A DNA stretch of 64,000 nucleotides from Octopus vulgaris (lineage: Eukaryota), in assembly GCA_951406725.2 (NCBI GenBank), contig OX597824.1, positions 38,130,001 to 38,194,000 of the forward strand. The letters run 5' to 3'. The stretch's first letter is position 1, and each line of letters begins with the position of its first letter. Shown in pieces: positions 1 to 64,000 of the stretch. The position numbers and the translations under genes are program-made. Below the pieces are notes generated by a model, which was not told the origin of the DNA, searched no databases, and was given only the letters and a program-made list of their open reading frames with translations.

Positions 1-10
1 GTAGCTTACC

Positions 11-372
11 CCTAGAAAGTATGAAAAATGGCTAATATTTCCTTCAAACTTTGCTTTTCTTACATGTATTCAAACCCCAAAGAATCCTTCTTAACTCATG
101 GCTATGATGCTCCCCCACTACTCCTGCTCATAATCAGAGATGGACATATTGTCAACCACTAAGAAACATGCTCAAGTGGTTGAGGTTAAGCAACAAACAA
201 GCAAGTCTATGGTATTGAGCAGCTTATTTGTTATAACAATATTTCTGCTTCAGCAACTCAGCACTGAATCTGTCTGAAATGTAATGGAAAATATGTCAGT
301 TTGAAAACATTGATGCCCAGGTCACAAAAGCAAAGTTTGAAGTAAATAATAGCCATTTCCTTTGATTTCTAG
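11..372. mobile_element. MITE-like element with terminal inverted repeats
   Basis: aaatggctaatatttccttcaaactttgctttt (~27-58) is inverted at aaaagcaaagtttgaagtaaataatagccattt (~326-358). Confidence 0.6.
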
Positions 373-1003
373 ATAGAGACAAATAGGAAATAACTTATTG
401 AGCAAAGACAAATTTTAAAGTTTGTTACACATTGATTCATTTACTTTGTAATCTAGTAAATGAAGTGTTCATTATTGTTAAGTTCATCTAATTCCAGTTT
501 CTCACATTATTTAATACCTTTTATTACTTTTTGGTGAAATTCTTTCCTCTAGCTGTTTCTTTGTATACTGTTTTATTTAGTTAAGCCACTAAAGCTCTTT
601 TTCTTACAGGTTTTAAAATTTTAAGTTTATCATTCCTTTGAGTCTTTGATGACAATTTATCTAAAGAGATTTTATGTATTTCAGCAAAATAACACATTTT
701 TCTAAATTTACTAATCCTTGATTAATCACTCATTATCTAACCATGCTGTTATGTTTTGCAATTATTCATTATTAAATTAATAGTTTGTAACTTAACTAAT
801 TTTTAAAATTCATTGGTTTCATATCAGTTTAGAAATCTGATACTTTTTATGAATATACTATCATTAGTAACTAAATTTAATTGTATGCATTTATAAAATG
901 CTTAAATATCAGGTTTTTTCATGACAGTCTGCATTATTGATCAATTTTTTTGTTTGCTTTTATTCCTCTGTGAGTTAATTATTACTTTTGTTCTTTTCTC
1001 CAG

Positions 1004-55449
<54,446 letters not shown>

Positions 55450-56657
55450 AGCAACACGTAACAATCCAAGAACTATGTAGCAAAACTGATGAAAAATGCT
55501 CTATATTTAGTTGAAACTCAGTAACTGTTACATTTATTTCCCCCCAGCACTTGGCTGATCTTTCAATTAATTGCAGGCTTTCTCTTTTCATTGTCTATAT
55601 CACTTTATTTTAAAGTTGCCATAGTATTATTAATTCTTTTTTTTTTCAGCTGGTTTTATTAAACATATCTTAACAAAATTCGCTGAAATATCTATGAAAA
55701 TTAGCTATTCTAAAGACACCTCTGTAGTCTCTCACAGTGAAATCCAGTGAGTCATAATTTCCTACAACTAAGTGCGAGGAAGTAACAGGAGGTTTTTTTT
55801 TTTTTGTTAAGGACTTCATTTTTAAATTTTGGGATTTCTTTGTTGAAGATGATTCCAACTACAGCTTCCAGATTTTTTCCTGGTTCTATTTAATAAATTG
55901 CATCCAACAGAGCCAAAGTTATGATATTAATTATGGAAAGGATATATGCTGGCCCTTGTGGGGCATTGACTTTCCTATGTTGGTTACATAGCTTTTTAAG
56001 TCTGATGGATTATGTCTTGTCTAGAAACCAATCTCCTGCTACTGCTGTTTATATCCAGTTTTATTATATCTTTTCTCTCCAAGCTTCTGTGCAGCCTTGT
56101 TGCAAAATGAAGATATTTTGACTCCTATTCTTTATGTTTGAGTAAACGCTTACACAGACATGAATAATATTATATTATATAAAAATATAATACTTTAGGC
56201 AATGCATTTAAAAACGAGCTTATATTTTGATTCATAAACAGCACCTTATTTGCATGTATACTTAGAGTTGATCCCCAATTCATTGAGATAATCATTCATT
56301 TCAAGGATGTCTAAATTGTAATTGTTTAACTGACAATTCATGCAACATGTTTAGCATCAACATTCACATTTTTTTTTTCCTTTTCTTTCCATCTTAAACA
56401 CAGTCTTTCAGAAATAGTCTTGTAATAAACTTTCATTTTGATTCTCATTTTACTGAAATAATTTTCATTTTATAAATCCATTAACAAATGATTTTTGAGA
56501 CAGAAATACACTAATTCAGACAATTTCATGCTTGGTGGTGGGGAAAGTATTTTGCCTGTCTTTTTTTTTTTTTTTTTTTGATTTTATTTTGTTAATCTCT
56601 GAGAAATATGCCTAAGTATACTTTGAATCAACCATAAAAACATACACACAAACACAC

Positions 56658-56744
<87 letters not shown>

Positions 56745-59230
56745 GAAAGAGAGTCATCTACCCATTCCTGTTACTTGGATTTCTTTTGCTCTCCTTGTTG
56801 TCAATGCACCTTGTGCCTTCTGTTTTTAATCCTCTCTGATATTATTAAATTTTCCAATCTGGGCACTTCCCCTTCCATTTAAATTTCAAAAATGGATCAT
56901 TTTAATAAATATTTTAGATGAATTTGCATTCAAGAAAGTACTTCGTTTGGGTGTACAGCTTACCGAATATTATCAGCAGAAACATTTATAATAATACTCA
57001 ACATAGATGATTGTCTTAGCTCAAATAAGAATTTTTTTTATTAGAATCTTGAATTATAATTAAACAATGAATTTTATCTCTGATAAAAGAAACAAGAAAA
57101 TTTTATAAAATTTTTAAGTTTACTCAGTCAACTATTTGATTGATATATCTGGAAAATTTTTCAAGATATTTTACCAAAATAGATTCTAGATTAGATTTTT
57201 TAACATGAAAATACCAATGATAAATTGGATTTCAAGAAAAATGTTTCACTTCTTACTTTCCAAGTGAAAGTTTAAAGTTTCACTTCCACTACATGAAGTT
57301 TCTGTATAAATGTTTGTTATATTAATTCTTTTTTCTTTTTGAAAATTCTAATTTTAAAATTAAATTAACCGAATGCCTTAACAATTTTGATCTTGGTAAG
57401 TATTTGGAAAATAAGCAATGCTTGATTAGGATGCTCTTTCTCTTGCATCAAGAGAATGTCTGAACGTTATTAAAATTTCAAGATGTTTAGGCCCACTAGG
57501 TTAAAGACAATCTTTTATATAATTAGTATTAACATTATTACACCTCAGGAGCTGGTTTTCATCCCTATTTTCTAGTAAAATAAATATTGGTAATGCAGAA
57601 GTCAATTCAATTGGCCATATCCCTCAAACAAAAATTGGTCTTGTCAAAATGATATCAGTATATTGAGATCAGATGATTTGAACAGAGAGTTGTTAAAGTT
57701 GATACTTTGACAGAGCTGATGTCAATGTTGACTTTGACATCAATAAAAGAAATATTTGCCAAAATCTAGGATGAATTTAAGTGAATGTCAAAACTGACCC
57801 TGAGCCTGGTCAAGTAAAATCATGAATGTTACTAAAAAAATTATGGTTTCATGCCGTTATAAGAAATCAGTTTAATGAAAATACAACAAATGTTGGAGTT
57901 AAAGACCAAGTGGGTTGTTTATGATGACTTTGGAGTTTTAAGTGTTTATGCAGAATGGGTGAGTATTGGTCAAAACCTGGGTTTTTAAATTAAGAATATC
58001 AAATTTGTAATTTGGGTGGTAATATATGAATAAACTGGACCAATGATGGAAGAAGAGTTTTGAATGTTCAAGTTAAATTGGACCAAATTTGGGAGGGAAA
58101 ATTGTACATGTTAACATTAAAGTTTTAATCTGGGTGGGGATACTATGGATCTGAGGAAATTTTAATTTGGATTGCCAGTGTGACTGTTAAACTGAAATGG
58201 GATTAATAATGTGGGGTTTTGGTGAATTTGCACAAATCTGAAGAAATTGTTACAAGATTATTTTCATTCTAAAATGCTGATAATTATTAAATAAACAGTC
58301 TTTAATTACTAAGGATCAGTGGGACTTAGAATGCTTGTCTAGTTAACTTCAGTTTTCAAAATTAATCGGGGGTAATTTGTTTAAAAAAATGAAATGAAAT
58401 GATCTGAAAATTTTCCCATTTTACTGTGATGTCCTTTTGCAAACTAACTATTTGCTTTGGAGTTATTCAATTTATTTTGTTCAAATATGAGGCATACATG
58501 ATTTCAACATTATCTTTCTCTGTTTTTAAAGGCATTTAAAATGAAAACCTTATAAAATCATCTTCAATTTTCTTGATTATTTTTACTGGCTTCTTTAAAA
58601 AATGAAAACAAAACAAAAATGTAATGAACTCTTGCAAACTCCAAAGAAAATCAAATTAATTCTATTTCGGATTTCGAACATTTCTTTTTGGAGATCAATG
58701 ATTTATTTTATCAAAGACTGTCTCATCATATTTAAGTTGGAATCTCAACAAAATACTAAACAATATTCTCTTTAAAATAAAATTAAAAAAAAAAACAAGT
58801 CTTCAGATTTCTATTCATTTGTAGCTAATTTCTTCTCTCAACTGTTATCTTAAACCATTAAAAATGGGGAAAACTTTACATTTTTATAATTTTCTAATTA
58901 TTGACAATTTTATTGAAATATTGGACACAAATATTACCATCAAATCTTTTCTAAACAACTAATTATTAAAAATTTATAAAATTACAAATCTTTTACTTAT
59001 AAACTGTTATGTTTGTTGCTTCTGACATTTTTGTAAAATTTGAACTTTGCACTAATATCCTACAATCTTGCAAAATCTTATTTTCCTCTTATCCTTGTTG
59101 CCTGTCAAGTTCACTGTATGTCTTTTTAGTCTTTTGTTGCACTATTTGAAATTTTATTTATAAAAGAAATATATATAGAAGCTCCTGTCGACTGAAAAAT
59201 AAAAGAAATCTTGCCATGAAATATTTCAGA
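55450..59230 (+). other. EML: Probable long EML 3' UTR
   Basis: TE-poor, AU-rich sequence after the stop codon; AATAAA at 55892-55897 and 59198-59203, the latter followed by T-rich tracts. The true 3' end is not provable from sequence. Confidence 0.45.
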
Positions 59231-59983
59231 AATGAGAACTGGACATGCCTATCTTTTTTTTTTTTTTTTTCGTAAAGAATTTTGTGTCCATATTCTTGCA
59301 AACTTTAAATGTTGCTGTATTTGATGAAATATAAATATTGGACCTTTTTCTATTTTTCTTTGTTATTTTTGTCTTTTTTTATTTTTATTTTTTTTACCAT
59401 TTAACAACTTTACAATACTGAGTTTTACAAGAGTTGTTCAACTCTTATCACCAGTTTGAATATAGGTAACTTTTCAGTTTTCACACTCCAGGTTAGGTAT
59501 CAAGCAGTTTACTTATGAAGTCAACTATTCTCTTCAGTTGTGAAGAAAAATATCACTACTGTTTCTGATTAGTCTTGACTGAAAATACATATTAATCAAC
59601 CTTGCCGCTATATATTACAATTGTCAATTCCATAATGGTAGCAATCCATTATTAACAACTTTAGACCAAACAGCCAACACCTTCGATGCAGTCCTCCAGA
59701 TTACTCTAGAGTTATATTTTACCACTTGAGGATTCAACAACCATATTGTCTAGAATAAAATGCCACTCATTCTCGTCCATGCCATTCCTGGCAATGGTGA
59801 CTCTTGTGTCAACATCTATTTTGACCGTGTTTTGGGATGGATAGGTCTGCTTTTTATTCATTATTTGATTTTTTTTTTTTTGTTATCTTAAACCATTAAA
59901 AATGGGGGAAACTTTACATTTTTATAATTTTCTAATTATTGACAATTTTATTGAAATATTGGACACAAATATTACCATCAAAT
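58844..59983. repeat. Near-identical ~100-bp direct duplication (58844-58945 and 59882-59983)
   Basis: gttatcttaaaccattaaaaatgggg…ttggacacaaatattaccatcaaat occurs twice; the second copy follows a T-run. Confidence 0.9.
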
Positions 59984-59989
59984 GTGAAG

Positions 59990-60900
59990 AAAGGAACTGT
60001 GTCAATGGCCTTTGCGAATCCTTCCACACTGGTGAGATTGATGTTAATATTGCTGCAGGGAGGGAATTCCAGAGGGCTGGCATTTAGGAAAGGCTGGGTG
60101 AGGTGTTAATACAAGGCTTGAAGGAGTTGAATGCAAGGAAAAAGATGGGAATCAGGAATTCCTGAGTGGAAATGGTGTGATGAAAGCTGAGGATCAGTGG
60201 ACTATTATAGAGTGGGGTGCAGGAAAAGATTGAAGTATCTTCTGGGCCCTTGAAGAGAAGGGTTAATAGTTAAGATGCAATTCTAGCTATGTTATGGATG
60301 CTTTCATCTAGAGGCCCAACATCTGGGACAGTTGTGAGAGCTTAGTTGTATATTTAACCCTTTAGCATTCAGATTTATTTGTTGAATGTAATGCTTATTT
60401 CTCCACATTGTTTTGAATTAATCAAGCATTATTTTGTAGCTTCAAGATTTCAATTATGTATTTGTACATTTTGAGAATGACATTGCAGGGTAGGTTTGAT
60501 AGGTTGAGTCTGGTCAGTTTTAACATAAAGCAAGTAGAATAAGGCCAGATTAAATGCTAAAGGGTTAAGGGAGTTGTGGTGTGAAAATATTTTCTTGATT
60601 TAAGAACACACTTGTTTTGTTGCTCTTGAAAGAGACAAGATTAGTACATCTCCACTGGAAGATGCTTTCAAGGTCTTTATTCATAGAATTGGTACTTTGT
60701 CTGTGCATGGGTTATTCATGATTATGGATGAATGAATTGTATCATTGTTGGGCATAACAGCAAGTATGTCATTGCTATGTAGTAGGAAGAGAGAAAAGAT
60801 GTCAACCCTGGGGCATGCCATACAATATATCAGTAATACTCTTTCATCCACTCTTTTTTCTAAAGCACAATAGCACATGTTCATATCAGTGCAGTTACAC
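59990..60900 (-). mobile_element. Decayed CR1/Jockey-type LINE 3' region
   Basis: Minus-strand remnants GMPQG and ALWNSLPAA; interrupted by the MITE at 60358. Confidence 0.6.
60358..60564. mobile_element. Complete piggyBac-like MITE
   Basis: TTAA|CCCTTTAGCATT…AATGCTAAAGGG|TTAA; relatives at ~14761, ~31395-31517, ~48520-48616, ~54700. Confidence 0.85.
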
Positions 60901-61086
60901 ACTTTGGCTGATGCTTTTAATGCTCATCAACATTCTCAGTTCACTTGTGCTCTGTGTCCCATGCTGATTATAATCTGACATATCATGTTTTCCATATTTT
61001 GATCTAGTCTCCATTGACTTAAGTGGCTGAAGAACTGAAAATATGAAATTTTGTGCATGGATATAATTCAATATAAAGAAAATCAG

Positions 61087-61373
61087 TGGAGGCAAAATGG
61101 CCCTGTGGTGAGGGTAGCAGACTCGCGGTTGTAATTCACAGACTGAGTGTTGTGAGTGTTTATTGAGCGAAAATACCTAAAGCTCCACGAGGTTCCAGCA
61201 GGAGGTGGTGGCAATCTCTGCTGTACTCTTTCGCCACAACTTTCTCTCACTCTTTCTTCTGTTGGCCTACTCGCTTAGCCAGTGGGGTGGCGTCATTTAA
61301 AGGCTAAAACAATGCAAAGCACATTGTGACCAGCGATGTGTAGCAACATCTGATAGCCTGGTCGATCACGGTG
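61087..61373 (+). mobile_element. SINE (distinct family)
   Basis: tRNA-like head tggccctgtggtgagggtagcagactc; 14-bp TSD ataaagaaaatcag / ataaagacaatcag. Confidence 0.7.
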
Positions 61374-61838
61374 ATAAAGACAATCAGCTGAATGAATTTA
61401 TTGGTTTGTTTGAGCATACTTCAAAGTTCCTATAGCTCATGAGAAAGCTTTAACTTAGAACATAGCTAACTCACAAAACCCTGTTTTACAGAACTGCTAT
61501 GAGATGGGTGTCTTTAGAACAGAGTCCGAATTACCAGTTGTGTTGATTAATTCCTAAATAAATCATAGGAATTGTGTGCTGTAACTCTCAAAATAGCTGT
61601 TTAAACAATACTCCTAACATTTCAACCCAGATTGTGATATGAAATCAAGTTTAGGAGAATAAAATTTAAAATGTAATTAAAGCAATTCAACAAAAAGTTC
61701 AAAGTGTAATATTCTACCACATCTCCAATACCAATGTTAATAGCTACAACAGTATATATATATAATCTGAACATTTGGTTAGAATTTAAGAAAGCTAAAA
61801 TATATGGTCAAACAAAATATCTTGATATTTGGTATACT

Positions 61839-61844
61839 TTTATT
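61839..61844 (-). terminator. Candidate polyadenylation signal of the MSK gene
   Basis: AATAAA on the minus strand about 240 nt past the stop codon. Confidence 0.5.
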
Positions 61845-62083
61845 AAAAATGTTATTAAACTATTCAAAATAGAATAAATATCTGTTTAAAATTTTTTGTT
61901 CTTACATAATTTTTTTTAATGAAATATACAATAGAATTTCAATGATACAATAGAAAAACTTACATATATACACATACGCACTCAGACATTCTTTTTTTTT
62001 CTTTCTCTTTTGAGCCAATCCCCTAATAAGAAAACGAAGATTTATGAATTACCATAAAGTTTTCTACAATAAATTTAAATATA

Positions 62084-62964
62084 TTACTCGATGACAATAG
62101 TTTCTGTTCTAGGCCGTTTTTTTGGTGGTGGGTCGACAGGAATTGAACTACTTCCGACAATACAATCACTATCTGAGCTTTTTCTCTCAGACAAATGGCG
62201 TTTCTGCGGTATTTCATTAGCATCTGTATAGGTAAAAACTGTGCATGTAGTGTTGATACATTTTGGAGTTTCACTTGTGTGCAACATGCTCCTACCAGCA
62301 GTAGCATCATTACTTTCAGGTGTATTTAATGAGCCACTATTGTAAAAGGGGAAACCAAACTGGTCTGAACATTGATATGGTGAGGAATGTTGATCTAGTA
62401 ACTTTTGTTGCATTAAACACTGAGAAGAGGTTTGTTCATCTTCAACAATAGCTGGCTGCTGCTGTTGTAGTCTAATAGATTTAGTTGGTATGAAACCGGT
62501 ACTGCTTTGTGATATATTAGATATCGTGGAAGTATTTGATGTGTTTCGAGAAGATGAGTCGGTATGAGGAAAGTTAATGTCTATAGGATGTTGATTAATG
62601 GTAGGGGATATGGCTACTGCTGCCATGGTTGTTGATCCTGCCGATACTGAAGATGAAGATGGGGAAGATGCAGTGCTGTCATTTGAACTACTTCGGGCAT
62701 CCATTGAGTTACGCTTCATTTGTCGCCGTTGAGCAAGAGGTGCATTAGCAACATCTTGTAATCGGAAACCTTCTCGAGCAGCACGATGGAATGCATCCAT
62801 GGTTTGCACTAACTGCTGCTGCAAAGCATTGCTTGTGGAACTAAGAATTCCTGGTGTATGCAGTGGGGTTTGTGAGAAAACTCGGTCATTGTTTCCTTGA
62901 ATCCATTTGTTCTGTAGGAGATTATGCATTGTTGATCTTTCTCGGGGGTCTACAGTCAGAAGGC
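62084..62964 (-). CDS. RPS6KA5: MSK1/RPS6KA5-like kinase, terminal coding exon (end of C-terminal kinase domain, MAPK-docking site, long tail)
   Basis: Acceptor tatcacag|; GLLTVDPRER...KWIQG...PLHTPGIL...AFHRAAREGFRLQDVANAPLAQRRQMKR matches MSK1 GLLTVDPNKR...PLMTPDIL...REGFCLQNVDKAPLAKRRKMKK. Confidence 0.93.
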
Positions 62965-63039
62965 CTGTGATAATTAGAAAGAGGTTCCAATGTTAGTAAA
63001 ATAGTCAACAGTAGAGATTCTAAATCAACAGAAGGAAAA

Positions 63040-63475
63040 GAAAAGGGAAATAAGAAGGCTTCTAACAATGCAGAAAGTTGGACAAAAACCTTTTATATTT
63101 CAGACACAAAGGTCCAGCCTCAGAAGGAAGCAGTCTGGGAAATGTGCAATACAGATTCCATTACCTTACTCAAACTTCTCAGCATTAGGTTAGCAACTCT
63201 CCGACTATTGGTATAAGTAAATCTCCAACTGTTGGTTGATGGAGATTTACATACACCAGTTGGAGTCACTGCTAACCCATCACATCAACAAACAGTTAGA
63301 GAGTGGCTGCCACTGTTGCTAACCTAACGCCGAGGAGTTTTAGTAAGGTAACGGATTCGGTGTAACTGCACATTTCCCAGATTACTTCCATCTGAGAATG
63401 GCCCCTTGCACCTTAAATATAAAGGTTTTTGTAAAACTTTCTGCATTGTTAGGTGCTTTCTTATTTTCCTTCTTC
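63040..63475. repeat. ~435-nt foldback inside the last MSK intron
   Basis: Arms ~63040-63198 and ~63315-63475 (ctaacaatgcagaaagtt / aactttctgcattgttag; tctgggaaatgtgca / tgcacatttcccaga) plus an inner hairpin ~63198-63265. Confidence 0.9.
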
Positions 63476-63682
63476 AGTACTACAATGCTTCAAGCGAACT
63501 ACAGTGCTCTTATTTCTAAATTATTAATTTAAAGCCTTAGAAATGAGAAAATGAGTCACAAAAAACCTGAAATCTCTAAAGAGGAGAAACCGTAACTAAC
63601 ACACATTTGTATTCTGTTATAAAGACATGAAGTGAAGAAATACATTGAATGACTCTAAATTATAGCACATCAAACTCCTTAC

Positions 63683-63833
63683 CTCGGATTAGTTTTTTGG
63701 CATTGGCAGAAACAGCATGCCATTCTTGTCCAGAAAAGTCAAATTCTCCTTCCTTGATTCTTTTAATGATCCCTTCAGGTGTTTCTGACTTATTTCTTGT
63801 TTGGAATGGAGCTTTCCCTGATAACATGGTGTA
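63683..63833 (-). CDS. RPS6KA5: MSK1/RPS6KA5-like kinase, penultimate exon (YTMLSGKAPFQ...IIKRIKEGEFDFSGQEWHAVSANAKKLIR-G)
   Basis: tttacag acceptor, gtaagg donor, phase 1 fits the next exon; kinase subdomains IX-X. Confidence 0.93.
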
Positions 63834-64000
63834 CTGTAAATTAGATGCAACTATGTTATTTGCTTTATATATGACATTTTAAAAACCTGTATACAGCCAT
63901 TATGAAGTTTACAAACTTGTTAATGTAGCAACAGGTTAACTCAGAAACACAACTGGAACAAAGTAAATTGTTTCAGTTAATAAATAGTCTTATCAATTGA

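Noticed and set aside
57717-57742. Small palindrome tgatgtcaa…ttgacatca in the 3' UTR
   Set aside because: A 9-bp stem is expected by chance in 64 kb of AT-rich DNA; no recognised element.
62340-62375. DQFGF in the MSK tail as a JIL-1-like FxGF motif
   Set aside because: Spacing is QFGF, not FxGF, and the acidic context is weak.

Overview
Eukaryotic, AT-rich, microsatellite- and transposon-rich genomic DNA; the SINE families and (TA)n/(CA)n load suggest an octopus (coleoid cephalopod), which is an inference. The + strand carries the 3' part of an EMAP/EML-family gene (HELP + WD40 TAPE domain). I reconstructed 17 coding exons from 1004 to 55449 that splice in frame to about 643 aa ending ...ILEWSVI*; the 5' exons lie upstream of the window. 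One intron (14626-16556) is U12-type, and the 20-kb intron holds at least one candidate in-frame cassette exon. The - strand carries the last two coding exons of an MSK1/RPS6KA5-type kinase, tail-to-tail with the EML gene. Introns contain tRNA-derived SINEs, RTE/CR1 LINE fragments, decayed Tc1/mariner elements, piggyBac-, hAT- and Tigger-type MITEs, tandem non-autonomous Helitrons, and Penelope-like terminal repeats with hammerhead-ribozyme-like folds (one with a G3:C8-swapped core). Nearly all ORFs in the supplied track are spurious microsatellite or TE translations.
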